DNA from: Rhodospirillaceae bacterium
GTDB taxonomy: Bacteria; Pseudomonadota; Alphaproteobacteria; Rhodospirillales; Casp-alpha2
DNA: 39,683 bases
NCBI GenBank assembly: GCA_038110665.1
Contig: JAYNJY010000001.1
Span: 1-39,683, forward strand
Reading direction: 5' to 3'
Shown: positions 1-8,122 of the stretch, piece by piece
Layout of the letters: each line of letters starts with the position of its first letter
Numbering within the stretch: position 1 is the first letter of the stretch
Notes under the pieces: generated by a model
The model's input: only the letters and a program-made list of their open reading frames with translations
Databases searched by the model: none
What the model was told of the DNA's origin: nothing
Program-made: the position numbers and the translations under genes

Positions 1-189
1 GGCGGGCACGACACGGCAACAGGTGGCGCCGGGGGGGCTTCGGTCGCCGGTGGCGACGGTGGCGCGGGCGGTCCCGGCACGGGCGGCACAGGCACTGCCG
101 GGTCGCAGCCCGGTGGCGGTGGCGGCGGCGCCGAGGTGGGCGCATCCGGCGCTGGCGGCGACGGCATGTGTCGCGTCACGGTCTTCTAG
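1..189 (+). CDS. C-terminal end of glycine-rich tail/fibre-type protein (continuation of the ORF open at 38931..39683)
   Basis: Frame +1 is open from base 1 to TAG 187..189. It reads GGHDTATGGAGGASVAGGDGGAGGPGTGGTGTAGSQPGGGGGGAEVGASGAGGDGMCRVTVF*, with high GC3, and is exactly in phase with the last codon at 39681..39683. Confidence 0.6.
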   Translation, partial: GGHDTATGGAGGASVAGGDGGAGGPGTGGTGTAGSQPGGGGGGAEVGASGAGGDGMCRVTVF

Positions 190-198
190 GAGAGCGGC

Positions 199-531
199 AT
201 GGCTTTTAAGAAATGCGTCGTCGGCAGCGATAACATCGTGGCCAATGTCGTTACCCTGCCCGACGAGTGGGAGGCCGATAATCCAGCCTTCTGGCAGCCG
301 CCGGCTGGCTTCCGCCTTGTCGACCAGGGCGAGCGCGGCCAGATCGGCGCCACGGCTCGCCAGGACGGCGGGTTCGATGATCCACCCCCGCCGCCAGCGC
401 CCGGCCAGACGGCCGAGGAGCGCATCGGTGCCCTGGAGGCGACCATCCAGGTTCTCGTCGACAAGGCCGTGGTGGCGAAGGTCGACCTGCCCGCCGACAT
501 TCAGGATCGCATCCAGGACAAGAAGCCTTGA
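199..531 (+). CDS. small fibre-associated hypothetical protein (110 aa)
   Basis: ATG preceded by AGGAGA. The N-terminus MAFKKCVVGSDNIVANVVTLPDEW resembles small proteins often encoded beside phage fibre genes. There is a poly-Pro linker and TGATG coupling to the next gene. Confidence 0.6.
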   Translation: MAFKKCVVGSDNIVANVVTLPDEWEADNPAFWQPPAGFRLVDQGERGQIGATARQDGGFDDPPPPPAPGQTAEERIGALEATIQVLVDKAVVAKVDLPADIQDRIQDKKP

Positions 532-1775
532 TGGCGTGGCTGACGCCGGCCGCCACCGGGTTTCTGCTCACCTGTCTTTACGTCCCCCAGTTCATGAACC
601 GCGCCACGTCGGCGCGCTGGATGGCGGCATCGGTGCTGGTGCCGGTTCTGCTCTATCTCGCCGGTTCGGGGCGCAAGGTGGACTGGCTGGCCGCCTTCCT
701 CGGGGTGGCCTTCGCCGGCCTATCGGTCCTGTCGACCCTGTGGGCCATCTCCGTCCCCGACGCGATCAGCCGCAACTGGCATCTGCTCGTCGGCGTCGGC
801 GCCTTTCTGTGGGGCGCGCAGACCGGGCGCCATGGAATCGCCGCGATGGCTGTCGCCATGGGCGTCGGCATGGCCGCCAACAGCATCCTGGTCGGCATTG
901 ACCTGTCGGGGCTGGCGCCGCACCTTGTCGGCTATCCGGATGGCGCAAAGACGGTGGAGGAAGCTCCGCTATTTGTGCGTGTGACGAACGACCCGGCGGG
1001 CACCTTCCTGAACAGCAACTACATGGCGGAAGCGGCGGTGGTGGTGATCGCCCTTGTCGCGGCGATGCGCCTGTCGGCGCCCCTCAAGGTCGGCCTGATC
1101 CTGGTGACACTGCCCTGCGCCCTCCTGGGCGGCTCGCGGGGCGCACTGGTGGGCCTTCTCTCCCTCGCCGGCATGTGGGGGTGCCTGACGGGTAGATGGC
1201 GCTCCACGGCGCTCCTGGGCGGCCTGGGGGCCATTCTGGCGGGCGTCTACGTCGCCATGAACCTGTCGGACCCCTATGCGCTGCTGCCGCGACTCGCGAC
1301 CTGGGCCAACGTGCTGGCCTCCTGGACATGGTTCGGCAACGGCGCGGGCAGCTTCCTGACGGGGTATGCGACCATCCACGACGCCTGGGTTGCATCGCCG
1401 CCCAACGTCTTCGGCTTCGTCATCCGCCCGGGAACCGCGCACAACGATCTGCTGACGATCCTGTTCGAGCACGGCGTGGCGGGCGCGGTACTGGCGGTCG
1501 GGTTCGCGGCGCGCGTGGCCTGGATGGGATGGCGCGGGCCGGGGTTGTATCCGTTCGGCGCCATACTGGTGCTGGGGTTGACGAACTTCCCACTATACAA
1601 CCCCTTGCCGTTGGTAGCATTCTGCGCCGTATGCGGATGGATTTCCTCAGAACCGCGTTTCTCGCGGCCGGTCTGTGGTACGCCGGAGCGGGGGCGATGG
1701 GCGAATATCAGGTGGCTCTCGGCGAGGTCGCTGTCTCGCGGGGCGATGCCGCCGGTGCACTTCTCGCCTTTGTGA
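531..1775 (+). CDS. polytopic membrane protein, Wzy_C / O-antigen ligase-polymerase family
   Basis: Many hydrophobic segments. It carries GGSRGALVGLL, then WFGNGAGSF and the hallmark AHNDLLTILFEHGVAG loop. The last ~44 aa are R/S/P-rich and overlap the next ORF, so the true C-terminus is uncertain. Confidence 0.75.
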   Translation: MAWLTPAATGFLLTCLYVPQFMNRATSARWMAASVLVPVLLYLAGSGRKVDWLAAFLGVAFAGLSVLSTLWAISVPDAISRNWHLLVGVGAFLWGAQTGRHGIAAMAVAMGVGMAANSILVGIDLSGLAPHLVGYPDGAKTVEEAPLFVRVTNDPAGTFLNSNYMAEAAVVVIALVAAMRLSAPLKVGLILVTLPCALLGGSRGALVGLLSLAGMWGCLTGRWRSTALLGGLGAILAGVYVAMNLSDPYALLPRLATWANVLASWTWFGNGAGSFLTGYATIHDAWVASPPNVFGFVIRPGTAHNDLLTILFEHGVAGAVLAVGFAARVAWMGWRGPGLYPFGAILVLGLTNFPLYNPLPLVAFCAVCGWISSEPRFSRPVCGTPERGRWANIRWLSARSLSRGAMPPVHFSPL

Positions 1776-2071
1776 AGGCCAACGCGGCCTTTCCGCTGGA
1801 GCCCGCCATCCGCGAGCGCGAGGCGACCATGCACGCCGTGGCCAACATCGTGGCTCCCGAAATGATCCTGTCGGTGCTTGATGCCGAAATAGGAAGCGAT
1901 CCCCACAACCCGGTTCTGTTCTGGTATGCTGCGATCCAGTCGCTGCGCATCCCCGACGTGCCGCGCGCGGCGGCGTACCTTGACCGGCTGCGCGCCATCG
2001 GGCCAGAGTGGGAGCAGACGCGCAACGCCGAGGACGTGCTGAAGGCCGTCGTCGAGATGACGAGGAAGTAG
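1631..2071 (+). CDS. N-terminal TM helix plus helical-repeat (TPR-like) protein, 146 aa
   Basis: ATG 1631 in a different frame from the Wzy_C ORF. FLRTAFLAAGLWYAGAGAM is a TM segment, followed by alpha-helical repeat-like sequence. No clear SD. Confidence 0.5.
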   Translation: MRMDFLRTAFLAAGLWYAGAGAMGEYQVALGEVAVSRGDAAGALLAFVKANAAFPLEPAIREREATMHAVANIVAPEMILSVLDAEIGSDPHNPVLFWYAAIQSLRIPDVPRAAAYLDRLRAIGPEWEQTRNAEDVLKAVVEMTRK

Positions 2072-2072
2072 G

Positions 2073-2375
2073 ATGGCAGTCCTATACATCGCCGAGTATG
2101 ACCGGCTCGCCACCGATTCCAACGGCCGCGCGATTCTGGCGGGGACCGAGCCGCCCATTGCCGAGCAGACGGTCGCCATCGGCGGCACGTCCACGGCGTC
2201 ATCGGCGTTCAATTCGCAGACCCGCTACGTCCGCATCCATACTGACGCCATCTGCCACACGCTGTTCGGCAAGACGCCGACGGCGACAACGGGCAAGCAG
2301 CGGATGGCCGCCGACCAGACAGAGTTCAAAGCCGTCACCCCCGGCGACAAGGTCGCCGTCATCGAAGGAACCTGA
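2073..2375 (+). CDS. hypothetical protein (100 aa)
   Basis: ATG 2 nt after the previous stop, SD-like AGGAAG upstream, high GC3, beta-rich sequence. Confidence 0.6.
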   Translation: MAVLYIAEYDRLATDSNGRAILAGTEPPIAEQTVAIGGTSTASSAFNSQTRYVRIHTDAICHTLFGKTPTATTGKQRMAADQTEFKAVTPGDKVAVIEGT

Positions 2376-2377
2376 CC

Positions 2378-2923
2378 ATGGCTGACCCGCAGAACAACGC
2401 CATCGGCTTCGAGCCGTTCGTCCGCACGTTCCAGGCGTTCATGGACATGCAGCGCGACGGGGCGTCGCTGGAGGTCTATCTGAAGCCTCTCGTCAAGACC
2501 TTGGACGGCCTGCGCCAAGAGCGCGAGGCGCTGGGCAAGGTCAAGGAGATTGAGAAGCTGCACGCGGCGGCCGACGAGCGTGACCGCCAGGCCAAGGCCG
2601 GCCTGGACTCCGCTCGCGCTCGCACCCGCGCCATGATCGAGGAGGCCGAGGCCAAGGCGGCGGCCATCGTCGACCGCGCCAACAACGAGATGGCGAAGGC
2701 GGCGGAAGACCTGGAGAAGCGCCGGGCCGCGCTGGCTGCGGCGAGCGATTCCGTCCGGGTGGCGAAGGAGGAACGTGCCGAGTTCGAGAACGGTCGGCGC
2801 GCCCTGGAAGCCGAGAAGCGCCGCGTGGCGCAGGAGGCCGAGGCCGCCGCTAAGATGAAGTCGGACTACGAGGCGCGGCTGGCGGCGTTCAGCAAGCTGG
2901 CTGGTGCCGAAGCGGTCGCCTGA
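2378..2923 (+). CDS. coiled-coil protein (181 aa)
   Basis: Tightly packed after the previous gene. Long A/E/K/R heptad-like region (EEAEAKAAAIVDRANNEMAKAAEDLEKRRAALAAA...). Confidence 0.65.
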   Translation: MADPQNNAIGFEPFVRTFQAFMDMQRDGASLEVYLKPLVKTLDGLRQEREALGKVKEIEKLHAAADERDRQAKAGLDSARARTRAMIEEAEAKAAAIVDRANNEMAKAAEDLEKRRAALAAASDSVRVAKEERAEFENGRRALEAEKRRVAQEAEAAAKMKSDYEARLAAFSKLAGAEAVA

Positions 2924-2979
2924 TGCCGCTCTACCTCGCCAACGTCATCGGTGACGGCTTTTTATGTATGGGGATGTGA
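2923..2979 (+). pseudogene. 18-codon stub MPLYLANVIGDGFLCMGM*, a vestigial 5-prime end of a fibre-region gene
   Basis: TGATG-coupled to the upstream stop like a genuine gene start. The first 12 aa parallel the N-terminus of the ORF at 3062 (MADWIMVPIVGTG). The stub then runs into an AT-richer segment and stops. Confidence 0.3.
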
Positions 2980-3061
2980 TGCCCTGTCGTCTCATAGTCA
3001 GGCGCCTGCCGAAGCGCGCCATCGCCGTCCTTCGCCAGACCGCGACGGGCGGCAGATAGCC

Positions 3062-3421
3062 ATGGCGGACTGGATAATGGTGCCCATCGTTGGCACGGGG
3101 AGGGAGGACGATCCCTACCGGGTTGACCACGACGGCAGTTACGATCAGGCCGTCATCCCGTCCGACCCCAATACCGGCGCGCCGCTTCACGACTGGGGGC
3201 TGTGCCGCATCGGGCCGGGGCCCGCGAAGGAGGGCGCAACGCTGATCCCGGACAGGAGCGTGACGCTGACGACCGAACAGCGGGACGCCCTGGTGCAGAC
3301 GGCCCGCGCCAAGGGCGTCGATTGGCAAGGGCCTGTCGGTGATGGCGAGCAGCGCGGCCAGTTCCACCGCGCCATTGCCGCCCATCTATGGCCTGAATAC
3401 CGCATGCCGGACACGATCTGA
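3062..3421 (+). CDS. hypothetical protein (119 aa; alternative start 2951)
   Basis: MADWIMVPIVGTGREDDPYRVDHDG. GC3 upstream of 3062 is poor, so the ATG at 3062 is preferred. TGATG coupling to the next gene. Confidence 0.55.
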   Translation: MADWIMVPIVGTGREDDPYRVDHDGSYDQAVIPSDPNTGAPLHDWGLCRIGPGPAKEGATLIPDRSVTLTTEQRDALVQTARAKGVDWQGPVGDGEQRGQFHRAIAAHLWPEYRMPDTI

Positions 3422-4059
3422 TGGCCACCTTCGTCTCCGACGCGTTCACGGAAGGCAGCGACACGGCGCTGACATCGCACACTCCCGAGACCGGAGGGGC
3501 GTGGAACAACCACACCGGCACGATGACGGTGCGAGGGTCTACCGACGACCTGGTGGGGGACAGCAGTGGCGCGGCTGCCTACGTATATAATTCCACCGGG
3601 CCGGGGGATAACGATGTCGATGCGTCGGTGGACGTAAGCCACATCGGGTCCGGTACGGTTCGAGGTGGTCCCGTAATCTACGGCACGCTCGACGCCGGCC
3701 GCGACAATTACATGGCCTATCAGGCCAGCCTCACCGGCAACTACGGCCTCGCCAAGAACGTCGACGGCACCTTCACGTCGCTGGGAAGTTACAACTACGG
3801 ATCGAACGCCACCCGGAACGTGCTGTTGTCGGCCAGGCCGGCGGGCGCCACGAAGCTGGAAGTGTTCGTTGACGCCGTGTCGCGGATAACCAGCGGGGAC
3901 ACGGATTTCTCGACATTCGTTGCGGTCGGCGTCCGGGGCTATTCGTCGGACATTCTCGACAACTTCTCCGCCAGCGATGGGACGGCAGGTGGCGGTGTAA
4001 CCATCGGCTCCGGCCTGACCGAGGGTCTTAAACTAGGACGAGTGAGGCTCGCGGCATGA
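3421..4059 (+). CDS. beta-rich tail-associated / receptor-binding candidate (212 aa)
   Basis: G/S/T/N/D-rich beta-type sequence in the fibre cluster, overlapping the next start (ATGA). A jelly-roll or lectin-like fold is my guess only. Confidence 0.6.
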   Translation: MATFVSDAFTEGSDTALTSHTPETGGAWNNHTGTMTVRGSTDDLVGDSSGAAAYVYNSTGPGDNDVDASVDVSHIGSGTVRGGPVIYGTLDAGRDNYMAYQASLTGNYGLAKNVDGTFTSLGSYNYGSNATRNVLLSARPAGATKLEVFVDAVSRITSGDTDFSTFVAVGVRGYSSDILDNFSASDGTAGGGVTIGSGLTEGLKLGRVRLAA

Positions 4060-5729
4060 GTGGAATGGTTCTCGACACCTATCCAGCAGGAGCAACACTG
4101 TACTGTTACTTCGGCAGCTACAACAGCAGCGGTGCAAGTGTCGCATTGACTGGCCTCGCTGTCACCGACATCGAGATTTACAAGGCTGGATCAGTTACAC
4201 AACGTGCTAGCGATGCTGGCTACACCCTACTTGATACCGATGGCATTGACTTCGATGGCGTGACCGGCATCAACGGCTTCTCCATCGACCTGAACGACAA
4301 CACAGACACAGGATTCTTTGCAGTCGGTAGCCAGTACGTCATCGTCGTGAGCGCCGTCACCATCGATAGCCAGACCGTCAACATCGTCTGTGGCCAGTTC
4401 AGGATCGTCGCGGCCGAGTCGGTTGCTGGCAAGCCGAAGGTGGATGTGGATGCCTTCGGCGGCACCGCCGGCACCTTCGCCAGCGGGCGCCCGGAAGTGA
4501 ACACGACGCACGCGGCGGGCACTGCATGGGGGTCGGGCGCCATCACGGCTGGAGTTATTGCCGCAGACGCTATTGGAGCCTCCGAACTGGCAGCCGATGC
4601 GGCGTCCGAGATCGGCACAGCGGTATGGGCGACGGCAACGCGCGTGCTAACGGCGAACACGAATCTGAACGACCCGACGGCGGCGGCGATTGCCGATGCT
4701 GTATGGGACGAGGTTCTGTCGGGCGCGTCGCACAACGTCGCCAACAGCGCCGGTCGTCGCCTGCGGAGCCTTCAAGACAACGGCCTCTACGCTCTCGCGA
4801 GTGTCTGGGTGGACGAGGTGGCGGGCACTTCAACGGGCACGACCTCGTACGAGGATGCGACAGTCACGAATAGGTCGAACGATTTCGATAATGCACAGAC
4901 CGTCGCCAACGCCATCGACATCAAATCCATCCAGGTCAGCAATGGCAACAGCATCACGCTGACGGCGGCTTTGGAGGGATACAACCTCTACGGCAGTGGC
5001 TCGGTGCTGGCGCTCGGCTCTCAGAATCTCGGCGGCACAATCATTCGCGAGTTCGGGACGATCACCGGTATCGGCACATCGACCGGGAATCCTGTGTTTT
5101 TCGAGGACTGCCTACTGGGCGCGGTTACGCTCCCGCCCTCCGTCCTCCAGCAGTGCGGTATCGGCCTGTCCGGCGGCACGTTCACAATAGGGTCGGCGGG
5201 CGATTTCCTGTTCGTGGATTGCTACTCGCGCGTTGCCGGGTCGGCTGCTCCGATTGTTGACCTCGCTGCTGTCGGGGCGACGACGGTCGAGTTCCGGCGC
5301 TGGTCGGGTGGTTTGACCCTGAACAACGTCGCGACGGGCGATGTCGTCTCGGTCGATGTGGTCTCGGGCGGAACGATTACGGTCAACGGCACGGGCGGGA
5401 CCGTCGTTATCCGGGGTCACTGCGACGTGGTGGATGGGTCCTCGGGGTCGGTGACGATCACGCAGACCTCCGTAGTGAACATGACTAAGATCAACAGCGA
5501 GGTGCTCGATGTGCTGAATACGGACACCTTCGCCGAACCGACAGGCGTTCCCGCCGCAACGGCGACACTGGCGACGAAGCTCGGCGTGCTCTACATGGCG
5601 CTGCGCAACCGGGTCGACGTCACATCGAGCAAGAAGACGTTCTACGGCGACGACGGCGTGGCCGAGTTCGAGAAAGACCTGAGCGACGACGGCACGACCT
5701 ACAGCGAAACCGAAGTGAACGCGATCTAG
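4056..5729 (+). CDS. tail fibre / tailspike-like protein (557 aa)
   Basis: Size and position fit. There are repetitive AxELAADAASEIGTAVW / AIADAVWDEV segments followed by a G/S/T/V-rich beta-helix-like region. Confidence 0.7.
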   Translation: MSGMVLDTYPAGATLYCYFGSYNSSGASVALTGLAVTDIEIYKAGSVTQRASDAGYTLLDTDGIDFDGVTGINGFSIDLNDNTDTGFFAVGSQYVIVVSAVTIDSQTVNIVCGQFRIVAAESVAGKPKVDVDAFGGTAGTFASGRPEVNTTHAAGTAWGSGAITAGVIAADAIGASELAADAASEIGTAVWATATRVLTANTNLNDPTAAAIADAVWDEVLSGASHNVANSAGRRLRSLQDNGLYALASVWVDEVAGTSTGTTSYEDATVTNRSNDFDNAQTVANAIDIKSIQVSNGNSITLTAALEGYNLYGSGSVLALGSQNLGGTIIREFGTITGIGTSTGNPVFFEDCLLGAVTLPPSVLQQCGIGLSGGTFTIGSAGDFLFVDCYSRVAGSAAPIVDLAAVGATTVEFRRWSGGLTLNNVATGDVVSVDVVSGGTITVNGTGGTVVIRGHCDVVDGSSGSVTITQTSVVNMTKINSEVLDVLNTDTFAEPTGVPAATATLATKLGVLYMALRNRVDVTSSKKTFYGDDGVAEFEKDLSDDGTTYSETEVNAI

Positions 5730-5731
5730 CC

Positions 5732-5953
5732 ATGGCAATCGACACGGCCGAGAAACGTCGCAGCGTCGCCGGCATCCCGTTCTGGATTGGCCTCGGCGTC
5801 ACGCCCAATGTCGCCAAGGACGCCGAGTGGCGCCAGCAAGCCGGATGGGGATATTCCGGCATCGCCGCCGGCGGCGCGCCCGTCGTCTCCGGCCTGCCGC
5901 CCTACGTCGGCTTCCACGTCAACATTGGCAAGCCGATGGGCTCATGGGGGTAG
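5732..5953 (+). CDS. small hypothetical protein (73 aa)
   Basis: ATG 2 nt after the fibre stop. MAIDTAEKRRSVAGIPF..., high GC3. Confidence 0.6.
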   Translation: MAIDTAEKRRSVAGIPFWIGLGVTPNVAKDAEWRQQAGWGYSGIAAGGAPVVSGLPPYVGFHVNIGKPMGSWG

Positions 5954-5957
5954 GATC

Positions 5958-6281
5958 ATGTCCGATGATGTCAGGGAAACCGACCGCCTGCTTGGCCGTC
6001 TCGTTTCGCAAGCCGAGGAACAGCAGCGCCAAATGGCGGCGGCGTTCCGAAAGCTGGACGACATCGCCAAGGCGAACAACGAACTGGCCGGAATCGCCAA
6101 AGAGGCGCTGAGACTGGCTAACGCCAACTACGCGACGATCCAGCAGGACTTGCGCCCCGCTGTCGAGCGGTGGGGACGACTGGAGGCCAAGGGCGCGGGG
6201 GTGCTGGGCGTCGTGGCACTGCTCGGCGGCGGGGCCGCAACCGTCATCGCCAAGGTCTGGCCCTGGGGGCCGGGGCAATGA
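5958..6281 (+). CDS. coiled-coil protein with C-terminal TM anchor (107 aa); possible holin/lysis accessory
   Basis: ATG 5958 preceded by GGGGTAGGA. C-terminal segment GAGVLGVVALLGGGAATVIAKVW. The longer version in the ORF track (5787) overlaps the previous gene. Confidence 0.55.
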   Translation: MSDDVRETDRLLGRLVSQAEEQQRQMAAAFRKLDDIAKANNELAGIAKEALRLANANYATIQQDLRPAVERWGRLEAKGAGVLGVVALLGGGAATVIAKVWPWGPGQ

Positions 6282-6526
6282 TCCCCCTTCTCGTCGCCGC
6301 CGCCTTCTGTATGCCCCATGAGGCCGTGTCGACGATCCTGGAGCGCGAGCATCATGAAGTCGTCATCGGCGTGGCCCTGACCGCCGACGACAAGGTGATG
6401 GAGGTCTATGTGTCCCCCGAAGGAACCTGGACGATCACCGTGACCACGCCTGAGGGGCTTTCCTGCATCCTCGGGACGGGCGAGGGGTGGGAGTCAGTCC
6501 AGCCGAAAGTGGGGGAAGGGGCGTGA
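6278..6526 (+). CDS. small exported/membrane protein (82 aa)
   Basis: ATGA overlap with the previous stop. Hydrophobic N-terminus MIPLLVAAAFCMP. Confidence 0.55.
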   Translation: MIPLLVAAAFCMPHEAVSTILEREHHEVVIGVALTADDKVMEVYVSPEGTWTITVTTPEGLSCILGTGEGWESVQPKVGEGA

Positions 6527-7053
6527 AAGAGCACGCCTCCGATATCCTGGGCTACGTCATCACCCCTGTCCTTGCCGCCTTCCAGGAAGTATCCCCGCGC
6601 CTGCGTTCCGAGGCCGCCGCCTACCTTCTGCTGGGCACGGCCATGCAGGAATCCCACGGGAAGTACATCACGCAGATCAAGGGGCCTGCCCTGTCCTGGT
6701 GGCAGATTGAGCCGGCGACGATTGACGATATCTGGTTCCGGTATCTCGTTGCCGTCCGCCCCGATCTGAGGTCGGCCGTCAAGGGCTGGCTGCCGTACCA
6801 CATCCACGGAACGTCCCCGCTCTCGGTGATCTGCAACGAGGTGGCGGCCAACCCCCGCTTTGCCTGCGCGTTGGCTCGGATTCGGTATTGGTGGGTGAAG
6901 CCGCCGCTTCCCGAGGCCAACGACGTGAAGGGCCTCGGGGCGTATTGGAACGACCACTACAACTGCAACCCTACGAAGGGGACCGTCCCCGAGTTCATCG
7001 CCTCATGGCGGGAGCATATCGGGCCGGTCGATGGGAACGGGGTTGCGTTCTAA
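6523..7053 (+). CDS. endolysin, lytic transglycosylase (SLT-like)
   Basis: GTGA overlap start with GGGGGAAGGGG as SD. LLLGTAMQESHG carries the catalytic Glu-Ser context, followed by ALSWWQIEPAT. Sits next to the holin/spanin genes. Confidence 0.7.
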   Translation: MKEHASDILGYVITPVLAAFQEVSPRLRSEAAAYLLLGTAMQESHGKYITQIKGPALSWWQIEPATIDDIWFRYLVAVRPDLRSAVKGWLPYHIHGTSPLSVICNEVAANPRFACALARIRYWWVKPPLPEANDVKGLGAYWNDHYNCNPTKGTVPEFIASWREHIGPVDGNGVAF

Positions 7054-7078
7054 CCACAACCACAGAAGGAACTGAAAC

Positions 7079-7270
7079 ATGGATACGAAGCCCTGGTATG
7101 CCTCTAAAACGCTCTGGATCAACCTCGTTGCCGGAATCGCTGCTGTCGGCGGCGCCTTCGGCGTTGACCTCGGGCTGGACACGGAAAGCCAGACAGCCCT
7201 GGTCGGCGGCGTCATGGCCGTCGTCAACATCGTGCTCCGGCTGATTACGAAGACTGGCGTCTCCGCTTGA
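7079..7270 (+). CDS. holin candidate (63 aa, two TM segments)
   Basis: MDTKPWYASKTLWINLVAGIAAVGGAF...ALVGGVMAVVNIVLRLI. SD GAAGGAA. Located between the endolysin and the spanins. Confidence 0.6.
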   Translation: MDTKPWYASKTLWINLVAGIAAVGGAFGVDLGLDTESQTALVGGVMAVVNIVLRLITKTGVSA

Positions 7271-7497
7271 GCATCCTCGGCATCCTCCAAGCTGTCCTGT
7301 CCCTGGCGAACACCCTCATGGGCTACGTCAGCGACAGGAACCTGATGGACGCGGGGGAGGCCAAGAGCGTGGCAAAGGGATTGTCCGATGCGATGGACGC
7401 GATACATAGGGCTAAACGTGCCCGCGCTTCTGTCAACATGGATGCTGACAGCCTGCGTGACGACCCCAACAACCGGGATACCCTGCGCGGCCCTTGA
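7267..7497 (+). CDS. i-spanin candidate (76 aa)
   Basis: TTGA overlap start. N-terminal TM ILGILQAVLSLANTLMGYV followed by a charged periplasmic part. The o-spanin ORF starts inside it. Confidence 0.55.
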   Translation: MSILGILQAVLSLANTLMGYVSDRNLMDAGEAKSVAKGLSDAMDAIHRAKRARASVNMDADSLRDDPNNRDTLRGP

Positions 7498-7588
7498 CCC
7501 GATAAGTTATTCGGCCAGCCAGGATTCCGCGTTCACGGTGCAGCAGGTGAGAGAGTTCAACGCCGTCCTAGCGGAGCTATGCCCATGA
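7388..7588 (+). CDS. o-spanin candidate (66 aa lipoprotein), overlapped architecture
   Basis: Signal peptide MRWTRYIGLNVPALLSTWMLTAC with lipobox L-T-A-C (Cys23). It begins inside the i-spanin gene in another frame and extends beyond it. Confidence 0.65.
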   Translation: MRWTRYIGLNVPALLSTWMLTACVTTPTTGIPCAALDPISYSASQDSAFTVQQVREFNAVLAELCP

Positions 7589-7683
7589 AGTACGTCGTAT
7601 GGGGCTTTATCGGCGCCGTCGTCATCGTCGCCATTGTCTGTGTGGTGTTCTACGCGGGATTGGTGATTCAGGGCGGGCACTAG
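7585..7683 (+). CDS. 32-aa single-pass membrane peptide
   Basis: ATGA overlap with the o-spanin stop. Reads MKYVVWGFIGAVVIVAIVCVVFYAGLVIQGGH*. Below the ORF-track size cut-off. Confidence 0.4.
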   Translation: MKYVVWGFIGAVVIVAIVCVVFYAGLVIQGGH

Positions 7684-7684
7684 C

Positions 7685-8122
7685 ATGATTGAGGCGGTTG
7701 CCCTTACCCTTGTCGCCGGGGCATGGCGGTATTTCGACGGGCGGGGCATCCCCCGCTCGACGGCGGCGAGAAATGTCCTTGGCGCGGCCCTGGCGCTGGT
7801 CTGTGCCTACGTTGGTATGGGCATGACGTGGCAGGCCGGCGTCAGCGCCGCTATCGCCATCACGTCCCTGATCGTCGGCTATACCGATTGGCGAGCGTGG
7901 TGGTCTATCGCGCGCTATGGGGCCGCTACAGTGGCCATCTCGGTATTTGTGGGCATCACCCTAGGGGCGAGCGTGGCCGTTGTCCTGTACGGCATTGGCG
8001 GCTGCCTGGTGGGTGCTCTGTACGTCGCCCTGCACCGCGTCGTCAGGGACTTCGGGTTCAACACCGCTGTCTGCGAGACTGTGGCGGGATTGGTCGTCAT
8101 CGGCGGGCTGGCGTGGCTGTGA
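7685..8122 (+). CDS. polytopic membrane protein (145 aa), unknown function
   Basis: ATG 1 nt after the previous stop. At least four hydrophobic segments. Confidence 0.65.
   Translation: MIEAVALTLVAGAWRYFDGRGIPRSTAARNVLGAALALVCAYVGMGMTWQAGVSAAIAITSLIVGYTDWRAWWSIARYGAATVAISVFVGITLGASVAVVLYGIGGCLVGALYVALHRVVRDFGFNTAVCETVAGLVVIGGLAWL

Noticed and set aside
1196-2071. Full 291-aa track ORF, and a programmed frameshift fusing Wzy_C to the TPR-like ORF
   Set aside because: The first 145 codons are out-of-frame run-in over the Wzy_C gene. I saw no slippery heptamer or obvious stimulatory structure near 1620..1640, so I report two ORFs and only flag the fusion possibility.
2951-3061. Upstream extension of the ORF starting at 3062
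   Set aside because: Third-position GC is only about half in this stretch, and the sequence (MTAFYVWGCDALSSHSQAPAEARHRRPSP) looks non-coding.
5787-5957. N-terminal extension of the 107-aa coiled-coil/TM protein (164-aa track ORF)
   Set aside because: It overlaps the well-packed 73-aa gene in another frame and is P/S/R-rich. The ATG at 5958 has an SD and a 4-nt gap to the previous stop.
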